DNA of 64,000 bases from Gracilinanus agilis. Lineage: Eukaryota. The translations under genes and the position numbers were made by a program. The notes below the pieces were generated by a model. It ran no database searches, was not told the origin of the DNA, and saw nothing but the letters and a program-made list of their open reading frames with translations. The DNA is taken from NCBI RefSeq assembly GCF_016433145.1, contig NC_058134.1, forward strand, positions 73,487,547-73,551,546, given 5' to 3'. This document shows, in pieces, positions 1 to 13,782 of the stretch; the stretch's first letter is position 1; each line of letters begins with the position of its first letter.

Positions 1-2200
1 AAAACCATCTTTCTATACTAAGAATCCTAGATTGTTAATCAACTAAACTTAATTGTCCCTAAAATGGCTAGTGAGAATGGATTCACAAGTGGACTGAGTC
101 CTTCCCTAAGCCTGGGGTTGGTAAAAAAACCCAAAGTCCCAGATGTTAAACCCTTTGGTTTACAAATTGCCACAGCCAAATTGTCCACAGCACTGCAAGG
201 ATACCCAGATCTCCTCCTAGGTATCTTCCAAGCCCAAACCTTCCAAGTTTCTCCAAGGAAACTAGTCAGATTATAGGAGCTGATAGAGCAGATGTTCTCC
301 CTTCCAGCTCAGAGACAGGACAGTTGTGTAATGACAGTTAATTCAGTTAACTCCCCAAACCCTCCTCTGCAGTGCCTTCTCCTTCTAGAATCTTTTCCCA
401 GGGTTAATGGCTAAATTCTCCCCTCTCTCTTTTAGAGACAATTTTGCATTTTCCTTTATCCCTTTATTTTTATAGGATCTAGGCAAAGGCAGGTACTAAA
501 AGTAAGATGGAATACCTTCTTGAATCAATTGAGCCATGATCCCCACTACCTTGGTCTCTTGTTTGCTTTTTCTATTTCCAAGTTCTATACATAAGATTGC
601 AGGTTTTATGGCTTGCCAGTTGTAACAATTAAAACTTGTAGGTTGAGAAATAGTAATGGGTATGTTAAATCTTGTTTGGGCCAAGCTGTTATAACTATTG
701 TTGATAATATTAATAATGATATAATAATGGCCAGTTATTCTATTTAGCTAAAACTGTCAGGGCTAAGCTGATTTCAGGCTATGAATTGAAGGCGAATTAG
801 TAAATAAACTCCCCTGGGGTTGGGTAGGATGGTATAAATACTGTTAAGTGGTGGTAAAAGGGTCCTTACTGGTGGTGAGGTGCCAATTATCAGATTTGGG
901 AAAGGAACTTAACAAGGAGAATCTGGTAGATATTTAAAAGTTTAATAACAAATAGGTCAGGAAGGGAAGGGAATGGGTAAACTACCTTAAAGTACTTGGG
1001 TCCCCTCCCCAAAGTCCAGGAGAGTGAAACGACACTCTCAGGCTCAAATCTAACAGCTGCCTTGAATCTAACCTATCCAGAAACTGGAAGGTTAACAGGT
1101 CTAGCTGTATAGAGTGGGGTTCTCACATGTGTGTCCAAAAAGCTGTATCTTCAAAGCTATGTCCACAGAAGTCCAAATGATACTGCTACTTTAATCCAAG
1201 CTAGGAGAAGGGAGTTCGAATTTTGACATCAGGGTCCACCCCTGAATGCCTCACCTAGAATTCTATCTAGCTCTAGCCAAAAGGTCCCTTGATAGTAGAT
1301 GGTTTTCAATCAAAGCAGCATCAGCACAGAGGAAATGCAGCTCTCTTTCCATCCAAGGGAATTTTCAAAGAGCAACTGACTTTTCCTACTAGCCACCCAC
1401 TCAGAATTCTGGAACCTGTTCCTGTCAATCATCCTACTCTGCTAAGCTAAATCCCTATAACAAAGGCCAGATGCACTTTGATCCAACCTAATTTATTTAT
1501 ATCTATGAGGAGAGCCAGGGACAGGAAACAAGATTTAGAAATAGAACATGACTCTTAACCTTAACACTAATATTTCTAAATAACAGTACCCCCACCAACT
1601 GCTTCTCGTGAAGCTTCTTCTTGCCTGTAAATAGGCCTGACTTAAATTATAGTCTCTAACTAAACATTAAAATCTATCTTACTACCTTATACTAAAAGAT
1701 GAACCTTAAATTTATATTGAAATCCTTAAAATAATATATATTAGATAAACTATCAAATATGGCTGTCAGGTTCTTTTTAGAGTGAACCTGAAGCTACTTC
1801 TCTCCCTCCTCAAGTCCAGAGATCTACCATCTGCCTGTGACAGTTTCCACAGACAGCTCTCTGACTCCATTTAGAGTTCCTCTTGAGAGTAGGCCTCAAA
1901 GCTTGACCTCTTCTCTCAGAGAGCTGAGAATGGAACAAACCCTCAGTCATTTCAATCTTGATTATAAATCGATGTTTCTTTTACTACCTAATATCTTCTT
2001 TTCTTTCACTCCAACTGTCAACAACTGTCTTTCACAGCAAGAGCTCAGACCAGCCACTCCTCTTTCCTTTGACTCCCAGAGAATTAGGAGCCCAGAATTC
2101 TCTTCTCACTGGACTTTTATGTTCTTCTCTTAAAGGATCAGCATAAGAACCTCTTTACTTATTTTTCTTAAAGGGAACAGTGTTAAGTGGACAAAACCCT
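1..2200. mobile_element. Mosaic of old LTR-like fragments
   Basis: No recognisable ORF. Several segments start with retroviral-type TGTCAG/TGTTAA termini (about 755, 842, 1764, 2181) and resemble the LTRs seen later in the window. Boundaries are unresolved. Confidence 0.4.
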
Positions 2201-2399
2201 TTCTCTGATCTTAAAACTTACTCTTAATGAATTAATTAAATCCTAAACATCACACCTTGTACTACTATCCTGTTATGTCTTAGTTTTGACTTGGAATCTG
2301 GATTCATGTCACTCTATCTTGGATCATTTTCCACTCACCCACTGGTAGTTTATCCTCAGAACTAGCTGTTGTTAATCACTTAAACCTTTTTGAATAGTT

Positions 2400-3480
2400 A
2401 GTATGAGAACAATTTACTTAAAATAGCAGGCATTGTGATATTAAGAAAATATATCATCAAATACTTCCTCAATATCTATGGCCTCAAATAAATGACCTTG
2501 CTTCTTTCCAATAAACCAGTAACAAAATGTTGCACATCTTTTATATCTTTTTGGCTTGGCTCCTGGGTCCCTCAGGTTAGTGAAGAGAAGATGGAAAAAG
2601 TGGGCTATTTGCCCTGTATAGTACAGAAGGAGCTGATGCCACTTGATATCTTATTTACTGGTATAGTTTACTTTGAGGTTCACTGAATGATTAGGACTCA
2701 CGCTGGGTCACCTCACACATTGATGAGAGATAAGGAATCAGATGCTGCTGCTTCTACTGAGTATGTGTGGGGAAAACAAACTGTCCACGTCATTCTGAAC
2801 CATATATGGTGGGGTGTTAAATCTCACTGGGAGATAAGTCTTGCTTGGCCTTGTGTGTCATTCTACTTGTGGATCCAACTCTTATCTCCTTTGATTATGG
2901 TTCATATTTTAATTTACTTGAGGATATTCTTTTGTCCCTCTTTACCAACAGGGAGCAATCTTGTTTTTGGAGGTGTTACCAAAAAGGGTCATATTCTTCA
3001 TTAAGATACTCTCCTGTTTTGGATCTCGGGCCTATCTAGAACATAAAACTTATCTTCAGTGTCTGTGATTCAGTCTGCAACTTGGCAGTGGTAGAGTCTT
3101 TGTATGGCTCTTTGCCTCTCTGATGGAACTTTGATAATCCCTGGGATCACTATTCCCTATTTTTGATACTTGAGTTACATTCACTTCTGGATGCTGTAAA
3201 GATATGAAAGGGTAGAAGAGTAAAAGATGACTTTACTGACTCTGGATTTGGCTTGTGTGAGTACTGGATACCATTTGGGTTGTGTAGTCCTACAGTTTTT
3301 TGAGATCCATGAATTCAGTGTTTCAAGACATTCTGGACCAGGGAATGGTGTCTTTAGCTCAATAATATCCTATTCTATGCCTAGAATTTTGTCCAATGGG
3401 CTAAATTGATTCAAGTTGAACCTTACCACCTATTCTACCATAAATTATTTGCCTCTTTAGAAAAAATGCCAATTTTACCA
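2400..3480 (-). pseudogene. Highly degenerate retroviral pro/RT-like remnant
   Basis: The minus strand gives fragments resembling RT motifs: FNTP, RMT(V)D with a frameshift, and DIEEVFDDIF (about 2441-2476, YxDD-like). Many stops; weak call. Confidence 0.35.
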
Positions 3481-3551
3481 GACTGAAATTAAATTCTTAG
3501 GGCACTTACTAGGTTAGTAAGGATGTTTGTATGGATCCACACAAGGTAATG

Positions 3552-3555
<4 letters not shown>

Positions 3556-3601
<46 letters not shown>

Positions 3602-3618
3602 TGTGTCTGTGTCTGTGT
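3556..3618. repeat. (TG)n microsatellite followed by (CTGTGT)3
   Basis: Directly visible; it produces the spurious HTHTHT ORF at 3489-3803. Confidence 0.97.
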
Positions 3619-5059
3619 ATAGAGAGATTATAACTGTCATGTGAGACTTGCACTGGTTTCTGAGCTATGTGGGCTATATGCTTTATTCCTTGGTCCTTTG
3701 ACTTTGACCTCATTGATTTACCAAAGGTATAATTCATTGCTTTTGAATGCTTTTTGAAAACTAGAGGGGCAGTTTTATTTTGAATCCTGAAATTCTGGTT
3801 CATTTCTGCCTTTATCTTGATGTATTTTAAGCTACAAAAACTGATGATTATGAAACCTGAAGTATCCTATATGAATGGGGGCCATATTTCTCAGGTCACA
3901 CTACCCTTCATCATATATTGGCCTTGTGCTTACTTCTACAAATTAGCCAGTGTAAAAAGAGGAAAACAGTCTGGGAAAAGAAACTCTCCCAGTTAAAGGC
4001 TCATTTGCTATGGAGAAGCACCATGCCAATAGGATACAGTGTCCCATCTTTGTACATACTGCTCTCAGGAACCTGAAGTTCCTTTGGACTGTCTTGAGTA
4101 TTATATTCAATGGCAAATCCCCTTGAAATTATTTTTCTGTCAGTTCAGTTTAATATTCCCAAATATTGGAATCCATAAGCAGCTGTATTGTTGTAAACAC
4201 CCCAGTTTAGATGCCTGATAGATCAATTATCCTAATAGATCTCTCTCTAGATGATCATTTTTGCATCCTTAGACCTCATTTAGGTCTTTTTGAGCAATAG
4301 CAGACAAGAGACAGTTATTCTTGGGTCTTAAAGAATCTGCCCTCTTAAGTACGCCTGATGCTTACATTTCAGGGAGGGAAGATCTATCTTGAATAGGACT
4401 GGGAATCTCTTCTGTTGAAACTCGGTGAATAATGCTCTTCTTTTTCTCATGTTTCTTCAGTGGAGGCTCATGGAGATATAATGATGGATACATGCTTGTT
4501 TATGCCTTCTGATGATTTCAGTTACATGTAACATGATGTCTGTATATTCAGCATATGTTTAGGTAAGGAATCCAACAGGATCACTGGAACTCTTGTCAGT
4601 TCTGCTTCAATATTGAGAGGTTACAGTAGATTTTACCATAGTTCTTCCCTCATTTTTTGGGTATAGTGCTATGTTCAAAGTTAACTAAGGTTACTTCCTC
4701 CTCTTTGCTGGGCCTCACACTATGGTTACCTACCAGTTCCTAAAATAAATTTTCTCACTCTTGGTCTTCCTTCACAAATCACTCCCATATGGGATGTCCA
4801 GTTTGTCTCACTGCTATGTTAGTATATTCAATCTTTCAGTTTTGTTTACTTTTTTATTACAAATTATTTTCAGTCCAGTGGGAGCACATTTCATACATGT
4901 ACCTAACAACAGATACAACTAAGCTTCCCTATTGTCTATTCACAAATTGTGTTCTGATACTCTATAGTGAAATAAGCAAGTCAACTGAAATAGGTGACTT
5001 AAATCTGAGATAAGCATATTGTTTGTACTCAAAGGTTTAGACCAGTGCTGAACCCAGTG

Positions 5060-5500
5060 GTAGGTGTTAACAGGCTGTAGACCAGATGGTAGGCCTCACC
5101 TGAAGGTTGATGAAGTTTAACACAATCCAACTGCTTCTTTTGATATAAACAGTAAATTGGTTTCTCTTTTAACTCAGGAAGGATAAAAGACCAGAGGGAA
5201 AGCTGATCCTAATCTTCCCCTTTAATCTTCTCCCAAAATCTACAGACTCCTCATGAGTCCTTTTCTGGATCTTGAAGCTTCCTAATTTACTCTCTCTGAA
5301 TATTTAGACCCCACTATCTAACTTTCTGATCTGATCTTGTCCTCAAATTATTAATTTAAAGAATTAGTCTGTCAGTAGCAGATAGGGTACAGTACACTTG
5401 GGAATTCACCCTTTGACTTGAGCCAAGTTGGCTCTGGCCTAAATCTCAGACAGGTCACTGGGCTCTGATAAGGTTCTTCTTAGTTGGCACCGGATGTCAG
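5060..5500. mobile_element. Old LTR, same family as about 6575-7100 and 56710-57200
   Basis: Shared blocks such as gatggtaggcc..cctga, aacacaat, ctcccaaaatctac/ctcccaccaatctac and tttcctgactatggc/ttccctgactaaggc recur across the three copies. Confidence 0.5.
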
Positions 5501-5559
5501 GAACTTGATTTAGGACTATAGTGAAGAAAGACAGATAGGATATCCCATTCGATGACTCA

Positions 5560-5815
5560 GTGGCTGGGTGGCAGAATCACAGAAAAAAGAAACCAAATGG
5601 CTTCCAAGGAAAGTCTGGTAACCTCTCTGAGATAGACCAATGGCAGGAAGTGCTCTCTCCAAACTCCTTAAAGAGACAGGAACACTCCTCCCTAACTATT
5701 TCTGTGAGTTTCCTATATATGGTCCTCACACCCTAGAATCTTCCTTTAGTTCTGTGCATGTGCCAGCTCTCTTCTGCAAGGTCCTGTATCAGACTTTTGT
5801 AGAAGCTTTCATCTG

Positions 5816-5817
<2 letters not shown>
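5560..5817. mobile_element. LTR fragment homologous to about 55400-55800
   Basis: Shared block ctagaat...gttctgtgcatgtgc...tgcaa(g/a)gtc.tg.a.cagac.ttt. Confidence 0.5.

Positions 5818-5850
<33 letters not shown>
5818..5850. repeat. (TC)n microsatellite
   Basis: Directly visible. Confidence 0.97.
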
Positions 5851-5851
<1 letters not shown>

Positions 5852-6200
5852 ATATTTGCCCTTTTGCACAAATCAAAACTCATTTTGACAAAAAATTTGT
5901 TATCTGCGCACCAATAAACTTTTCTTTCCTTATTGTATTCCTATTCTAAATTCTTACCCCAAAATAACAACCAACTACACTTACTAAACTATTCCTTTAT
6001 TATCTTCTCTATTCTAGGGACTTGAACAAAGGAAACAAAGGGAAAAGGAAGGGATTTACAAGTTGTTACAAAGATCAAACTGTAAACATTTGCAAAATCA
6101 AAACACACAAGAAAAGATGTGAATATAAACTGCTAAGAATACAAAATACACGAAAATTCAAAAATCAAATATCTCAGTAGAAACTCTTTCAAACCTAGTT
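5851..6200 (-). mobile_element. ERV 3' internal tail (PPT-proximal, G-poor on + strand)
   Basis: Homologous to 28973-29300 (tgcaccaa.aaactt...aaattcttacc.caaaata...aacaaagga). Confidence 0.6.
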
Positions 6201-6224
6201 TGCAACTAAAAAACTATGATGCTA

Positions 6225-6505
6225 AAATAATTGAAATAATTAGTTGATAGCTGAACTAATTAGGGAAGGGAGCTAAAGTAACTTTCTATAAGCCCAGTGA
6301 TGATTCTCAGTTGATTGGAGACAAGAAGTAGGCCAACAGGTAAGTCTAACCTATCGGTGATGGCATAATACAATCTGACTCACACCAAGTTGTTATAAAC
6401 AGTCTTAGATTTATTTTACTACTCAGACTCACAGGATGGAATAGTGGACCAGGGTGAAGGAGTACCTAAATCTAATAATTTAGTTTCTCCACCCAAATCT
6501 CACTA
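6225..6505. mobile_element. LTR fragment, close paralog of 55047-55315
   Basis: Long near-identical runs shared by both copies, e.g. gaactaattagggaagggagct and aaacagtcttagatttattttactac. Confidence 0.75.
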
Positions 6506-6574
6506 TAAATCCTGAAATAAGTGAGTTATTTCACCTATAAAGATGGTACATTTATAAAGTGATGTTCTCTGACT

Positions 6575-7745
6575 GTGTCAGGATGGTAGGCCAGATAGAT
6601 AGGCCTCAGACCTGATTCTGAGATAAAACCACAATCTGACTATTTTGCTTGATAAACAAAAGGATCTATTTGAAAGAAAAAACAGAGAAAGAAAGGAGGG
6701 CCAAAGGGAATTTCCCTCTCTTTAAATTTCTACTTCTCCTCCCTCAAAACCTAATAGACTCTCATAAGTCTTTTTCTTCTGGTCTTGCTGCTATCTTAAA
6801 CCCTACTCTCTCTGTCTGTTACCCCAAAATTGCCTAATCTAGCTTTCCTGACTATGGCCTCTCCAAAATAGTTTTGGTAGGAAAATGTAGTTCAGGTAGC
6901 TTTGATAAGGTGGTGAAAGAATGGTAAAATCACCCTCAAGGACTCCAGCTGAAAGGCTGCAGATTTCCTTGATGACAGACAGATATATTATTCTAAAGTT
7001 GGCTTCTTCTCGATAATTCGGATATAATTCAGAAACTGAAACTCAGTAACACAGGAGTCAGGAACAGATGGAAATCCAGTTGATATAATTCTAATTTGGA
7101 GGCTGGATAGCTGATCAAAGGGACCTCAGCTGCAGGGTCAAATGGCTTCTCACAGAAATTCAGTTATTCCTGTGTTTGTTTTGGTAGATAGAATCCTAAA
7201 TATTTTATATTGTATAGTGTAAGAGGGAAAAGGAGTTTTTTGATTGGATATAATATTTAAAGGTGTGGTTGCCAAGGAACTGAATAAATACCAATTTCTA
7301 AAATGATTTTTGTAATTTATTTATAAAATATAGAAGAGAGTGGAAGGAGAGAGATGAGAAGAGGGTAGAGTAAGTGATCTAGTTTAAAGAACTAGACTAG
7401 GTCTAAGAAAGAGATTTAAGAACAGTCTCACCAAATCCAAGACCCCAGCCAGAGCTCCTCCAAGTCTAAGCCACAAACAAAAAGGGATAAAAGGATCGAG
7501 CCCCAGAAGTTCTCTTAATTTATCCAGGCATTTCTTTCATCACTTTTTGTGCCTTCCTCTTAGTTTACATGTCCAATCACAATGGACACTTTTCTTAGGA
7601 CTGCCCAGGAGGCAGTCAATTCTGATTCATCACCTATTTTTGCACATGTGGGTCACAGACCTCCCAACTTGTGAGTTAACTGGAGTTGTTTACACTTTTG
7701 ATTATTAGATTTAAGAAAGGATAAGGAAGATTTAATCTCATTGTA
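6575..7745. mobile_element. Two adjacent LTR-like elements (about 6575-7100 and 7218-7745)
   Basis: The first matches 5060-5500 and 56710-57200. The second begins tgtaagaggg and has no ORF. Confidence 0.5.
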
Positions 7746-9670
7746 AGACTAGTGTGATTTTAAATGGTGTTTCTCTTTCTAACTCTTGCTTCTGAGATGT
7801 ATTAGAAATATATAGAAATGCTGATGATTCATGTGCATTTATTTTGTATCCTGCAACTTTGCTAAAGTTGTTGATTATTTCTACTACCTTTTTAGTTGAT
7901 TCTCTAGGATTTTTTAAGTGATCAACATATTATTTGCAAAGAGTGATAGCTTGGTCTCCTCATTGTCTATTTTAATACCTTCAATTTCTTTTTCTTCTCT
8001 AATTGCTATTGCTAGTGTTTCTAGTACAATGTTAAATAATAGAGGTGATGATAGGCATCCTTGTTTCACTCCTGATCTTATTGGGAATGCTTCTAATTTA
8101 TCCCCATTGCATATGATGCTTGTTGATGGCTTAAGATATATACTGTTTATTATTTTTAGAAAAGGACCTTTCTATTCCTATACTTTCTAGTGTTTTTAGT
8201 AGGAATGGATGTTGTATTTTGTCAAAGGCTTTGTCAGCATCTATTGAGATAATTGTGATTTTTGTTGGTTTGCTTATTGATATGGTCAATTATGTGAATG
8301 GTTCTCCTAATATTGAATCATCCTTGTATTCCTGGTATAAATCCCACCTGATCATAATGAATAGCCCTCGTGATTGCTTACTGGAGTTTTTTTTGCAAAC
8401 ATTCTATTTAAGATTTTTGCATCTATGTTCATTAAGGAGATTGGCCTGTAGTTTTCTTTCTCTGTTTTTGGTCTACCTGGCTTTGGAATCAGTACCATAT
8501 TTGTGTCATAAAAGGAATTTGGTAGAACTCCTTCTTTGCTTATTATGTCAAATAGTTTGTATAATATTGGAATTAGTTGTTCTTTGATTGTTTGATAGAA
8601 TTCAATTGTGAATCCATCAGGCCCTGAGAATTTTTTTAGGGAGTTCTTTGATGACTTGTTCAATTTCTTTTTATGAGATGGGATTATTTAAGTATTCTAT
8701 TTCTTCTGCTGTTAATCTAGGCAATTTATATTTTTGTAAATATTCATCCATATCACATAGATTGCTATATTTATTGCTACATAATTGGGCAAAATATTTT
8801 TTCATGATTGCCTTAATTTCCTCTTTATTAGAAATAAGATCTCCCTTTTCATCTTTAATACTGTTAATTTGGTTTTCTTATTTCCTTTTTTCTTTATTAG
8901 ATTGACCAGTACCTTATCAATTTTATCTGTTTTTTCAAAGTACCAGCTTCTAGTCTTATTTATTAATTCAATAGTTCTTTTACTTTTGATTTTATTATTT
9001 TCTCCTTTCATTTTTATGATCTGTAATTTAGTTTTCATCTGGGGATTTTTAATTTGTTTGCTTTCTAGTTTTTTGATTTGCATTGATCTTTGTCCTCCCT
9101 AATTTGTTAATATATGCCCTCAAGGATATAAATTTCCCCCTGAGTACTGCTTTGGCTGCATCCTACATAGTTTGGTAGGATGTCTCATCGTTGTCATTCT
9201 CTTCTATGAAATTATTGTTTCTATGATTTGTTCTTTAATTGATTTTGGAGAATCATATTTAATTTCTAATTAATTTTTATTTGCCTATCCATGTACCCTT
9301 ACTAATTATTATTTTTATTGCATTATGATCTGAAAAGGTTGCATTTATTATTTCTGCTCTTTTGCATTTGTTTGCCATGTTTCTATGCCCTAGTATATGG
9401 TCAGTGTTTGTGAATGTACTGTGTGCTACTGAAATGAAGGTGTATTCCTTTTTGTCCCTATTTATTTTTCTCCATATATCTATTAACTGTAATTTGTCTA
9501 GGATTTCATTCACCTCTATTACCTCTTTCTTAATGATTTATCTAGATTTGATAGGGGAAGGTTTAGGTTTCCCACTAATATAGTTTTGCTATATATTTTG
9601 TCCTTGAGCTCCACTAGTTTCTCCTTTAGAAATTTGGATGCTATACCATTTGGTGCATACATGTTGAGTA

Positions 9671-10640
9671 CTCTTATGGTAAAACTGGGGTTAACTTATA
9701 TATTTTACCTGGGTTCAGTGGAAGGGTGAGTAGGAGACAGGAATGAGAAATAGGTTGGGACCTTACTAGCTGGAGAAATACAGTTCAAAAAATGGTTTGG
9801 GCAGCTGACAGGAATGACAGTTGAATCCTAACTGCCACACTGATACACCTAGCCAGGGAGTCTGTGAAACAAACAAGTGACAGGGTAATACAGGGACAAA
9901 GGGATTTATAAACATAGGTTTTAATAATGATTGAGGGTCAGGGATAATAGGGAGAGGCCACACTAAATCTAACCACTAAAAACCACACAAGGGTTGGGAG
10001 AATGGGTTAATGCCTACACTGATCTTTACAGACTATTACAGACTAGAAGGTAAAATGGGTCTCGCACAGAGTCATGCCCACTTCTTCTCTTGATGGTACA
10101 GGAAACAGGAAGGTAAATCCAGGAATGTTAATCAAAGAGCTTATCTCAGACTGGGATGCCCACCACCCCAGCTAGATCTTCTTGCTCACTTGATCATCCC
10201 TGGCAGGTCTTTCTTCTCAGTGTTAACTCCACACTCCTTGAGCTCTTCACTGGGCAGGTAAAAGCAGACACATCCTCTCCCTTTTCCAGCTTAACCAGAG
10301 TCCTCCAAGGCAAACAGTTTTCTTCCCTTTATTCCATTTAGAATATCCATGGCTAGGGGGCAGCTGGGTAGCTCAGTAGAATAAGAGTCAGGCCTAGAGA
10401 CAGGAGGTCCTAGGTTCAAATCTGGCCTTAGACACTTCCCAGCTGTGTGACTCTGGACAAGTCACTTGACCCCCATTGCCTACCCTTACCACTCTTCTGC
10501 CTTGGAGCCAATACACAGTATTGACTCCAAGACGGAAGGTAAGGGTTATTAAAAAAAAAAAAAAAGAATGGCCATGGCTGACAACCAAGGCTTTTTAACC
10601 CTTAGTCTGCCTGCTAAGTTTGCTTTCCTACTTTTAAAGT
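9671..10640. mobile_element. LTR-like insertion within the L1 endonuclease region
   Basis: L1 sequence stops after gttgagtact (about 9670) and resumes at agtctgatattttttcattg (about 10640). The intervening DNA is non-L1 and LTR-like. Confidence 0.55.
10355..10565 (+). mobile_element. tRNA-derived SINE (SINE1_Mdo-like)
   Basis: ggggcagctgggtagctcag head, ggttcaaat B-box and poly(A) tail. TSD agaat(at/gg)ccatggct at 10340-10354 and 10565-10579. Confidence 0.92.
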
Positions 10641-11766
10641 CTGATATTTTTTCATTGTCTATACTGTCTTTTATAAGGATGTAATTACCTTTTCAATTTC
10701 TTTTAACCAGATCTATTTTTACTTTGACTTTTTTGGATATCATGATTTCAACTCCTGCTTTCTTTTTCTCAGTTGAAGCCCAATAGGTTCTTCTCCAGCC
10801 TTTTATTTTTACCCTATATATGTCTACCTGCCTTGTGTGTTTCTTGTAGACAACATATGGTAGTATTTATGTCTCTAATCCACTCTGCTATTTGCTTCCA
10901 TTTTATGGGTGAGTTCATTCCATTCACATTCAGAGTTATAATTATTAACTGTGTATTCCCAGACCCTACAACTCTCTCCTTGTCCTGCCCTTCTTTCACT
11001 ATTTCCTTCTACACAAGTGTTTTGTTTTTAATCAGTTCCCCTAATCCTTTCCCTTATTTTACTTCCCTTTCTCCCCACTCCATCCGCCCTTATTTTTCTT
11101 CATGGTCTTTTTAAGCTACCATCCTTCCTCCCCAGTATTGCTTCCCTACTCACCAGTCCGTATGTTACCCTTCTACTTCTCTATAGGGCACAAATCAATT
11201 CTCTGCCCCAATGGATCTGATTGTTCTTCTCTAAGTTAATTACAATGAACTTAAGAATTAAGTATTTCCTATCTCCAACCTCTTTACCCTTCCAGTGTAT
11301 TGGTCTTCTCTTCTGCTCCCCCCATGTGCTTCTTTGTGGAATTTAAATTAACTCTATTTTGTCTCTTCCCATTAGTCTTAATATTATCCACTTTTTTTAC
11401 CTGTAGTTTATATATTTATACATATATACATATATATGTGTATATGTGTGTGTGTATATATATATAAATATATATANTCTTTTTAAGCTACCATCCTTCC
11501 TCCCCAGTATTGCTTCCCTACTCACCAGTCCGTATGTTACCCTTCTACTTCTCTATAGGGCACAAATCAATTCTCTGCCCCAATGGATCTGATTGTTCTT
11601 CTCTAAGTTAATTACAATGAACTTAAGAATTAAGTATTTCCTATCTCCAACCTCTTTACCCTTCCAGTGTATTGGTCTTCTCTTCTGCTCCCCCCATGTG
11701 CTTCTTTGTGGAATTTAAATTAACTCTATTTTGTCTCTTCCCATTAGTCTTAATATTATCCACTTT

Positions 11767-11898
11767 NNNNNNNNNNNNNNNNNNNNNNNNNNNNNNNNNN
11801 NNNNNNNNNNNNNNNNNNNNNNNNNNNNNNNNNNNNNNNNNNNNNNNNNNNNNNNNNNNNNNNNNNNNNNNNNNNNNNNNNNNNNNNNNNNNNNNNNN
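11767..11898. other. Assembly gap (132 N)
   Basis: Run of N. The preceding 11479-11766 duplicates 11106-11395. Confidence 0.99.
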
Positions 11899-13782
11899 TA
11901 CAGTTTGTCACTGTTCTCTCTAAGTATACATTCTTCTTGCTATCCTGATGATCATAACAATTTTTAGGAGTTACCGATATCATCTTTTCTTATAGGGATA
12001 CAAATCATTTGAACTTATTGGGTCCCTTAAAAAAAGGTTTTGGTTTTTTTCCCCCTCTCTTAATTACCTTTTGGTGATTCTCTTGAGTTCTGTGTTTGGG
12101 CTTCAAATTTTCTGTTTAAGTCTGGTCTTTTCTTTATGAATGCTTAGAAGTGTTCAATTTTGTTAAATGACCATACTTTCCCTTGCAAGAATGTAGTCAG
12201 TTTTGCTGGATAGTTGATTCTTGGTTGTAGACCCAGTTCTTTTGCTTTCCAGGATATTGTATTCCATACCTTCTGGTCCTTCAATGTAGATGCAGTCAGA
12301 TCCTGTGTTATCCTAACTGTGGTTCCCTGGTATTTGAATGACTTCTTAGCAGCTTGTAATATTTTTTCCTTGGTCTGGTAGTTTTTGAATTTGGCTATTT
12401 TTAAATTGGAATAATTTTAATTTGGAATATTTTCCTGGAAGTTGTCATTTGAGGATTAAATGTAGTGGTGATCTGTGGATTCTTTCAATCTCCACTTTTC
12501 CCTCTTGTTTGAGAATGTTGGGGTGGTTTTCTTGGATAATTTCCTATAGGATGGTGTCCAGGCCTTTTCTTTTGTCATGATGTTCAGGTAGACCAATAAT
12601 TCTTAATTTGTTTCTTCTCAATCTGTTTTCCAGATCTGAGGTTCTGCCAATGAGATTTTTAATATTTTAGTCAAATTTTTCATTCTTTTGATTTTTTTAT
12701 ACATAATTGCTGCCTTGTAAAGTAATTTGCTTCTAGTTGTTGAATTCCAATTTTTAAAGACTGAATTTCACTTTTTGGTCATACTTCTTCTGGTCTGATT
12801 TTTTTGTAGGTCATCTTTCACTTTCTTTACTTCATTTTCAAGCTGATCAATTTTGGATTTCAAGACTCTATTTTCTTATTTTAGTCCATGCATTTTCTTT
12901 TCCCAATTGTCTTCGGCCTTTCTTGTGTTTTGAATTGTATTTTGAGTTCTTACACAGCCTGTGTCCAATTCTCCAGAGTTTCCGTGTTTTTGTTTGGGGT
13001 TCCTTGATCTTCTGTTTCATTTGCTTTTTGTTCACCTCCTGGGAAGAAGCTGTCAATTGTAATTTCTTTTTTCTTTTTCTGTCGTTTACTCATATTTTTC
13101 CCCTTTTTTCCCTCCTATACTTTCTCTGCTCTGCTGGTTGATTAGGTTAAGCAGTTGGTTTTAATGAGCATTGATGTAAGATCTTCCCCAGCTGGCAACA
13201 GTTTGTAGCTATTTTTTCTGCAGTCTGCAGGGGAGGGGTGTTGGAGTTTCCCTGTCCTCTGAAGACTTCTTATCTGTCTTATTGATGGGATTAATGCAGG
13301 ACTGGGTTGATCTTTAGAGTTTGATGTATCCTGAGGCTAAAACCTTGAGAGAAGGGGGATAGGGCACAATGGAACATTTTTGTTGTGTTTAGGTTGCCCT
13401 CTCTGCGTTTCTCCTCTACCTGCCTCCCTACTGTCCATGTTCAATGCCCTCAGACTGGCTCAGCTGTGCCAGCAAGGCCCTTTCTCTGGGCCAGTGTGTT
13501 TGCCCACCCAGAGATTCCAGGAGCCACTAGAGTCTCAGTGCAGCACATGGGGGAGGGGTCCTGGGATTCTCCTTCTTCCTTGCCCTTAAACCCAACAGTT
13601 CAAGAATTCAGGCCTTTTTCTTGGCATACCTCTTGAGCTGTACTGCATGGGGATCCCCCAGCTCTGTCCTGTTGTTAGATTTGGTTTTCTTTCCCCTCGA
13701 AGCCCTGTTTTTTATCTCAGTATGGAAGGGTATGGAGGTCTGAAGTTTTGCTCTGTCTAAGCCGCCATCTTCCCAAAATCCC

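Larger units (their letters stand above)
7749..13782 (-). mobile_element. L1 LINE: 5' UTR, ORF1, ORF2 endonuclease and start of RT; 3' end missing; interrupted by an LTR and a SINE
   Basis: 5' end reads gggattttgggaagatggcggc (13782 leftwards). ORF2 N-terminus is ITLNVNGMNSPIK...CCLQETH (10814-10999). ORF2 pieces include [12 protein letters not shown] and [15 protein letters not shown] (8352-8663). Colinear with the L1 at 41907-46495. Confidence 0.93.

Noticed and set aside
3489-3803. His/Thr-repeat ORF
   Set aside because: Translation of the (TG)n microsatellite.
3900-5050. Possible gag remnant belonging to the RT-like segment at 2400-3480
   Set aside because: The position fits, but I could not read any diagnostic Gag motif.
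11106-11766. About 290-bp identical direct duplication in the L1 inter-ORF region (11106-11395 and 11479-11766)
   Set aside because: The copies look identical, are separated by a TA/TG microsatellite ending in a single n, and abut a 132-N gap. This is most likely a contig-overlap assembly artefact.
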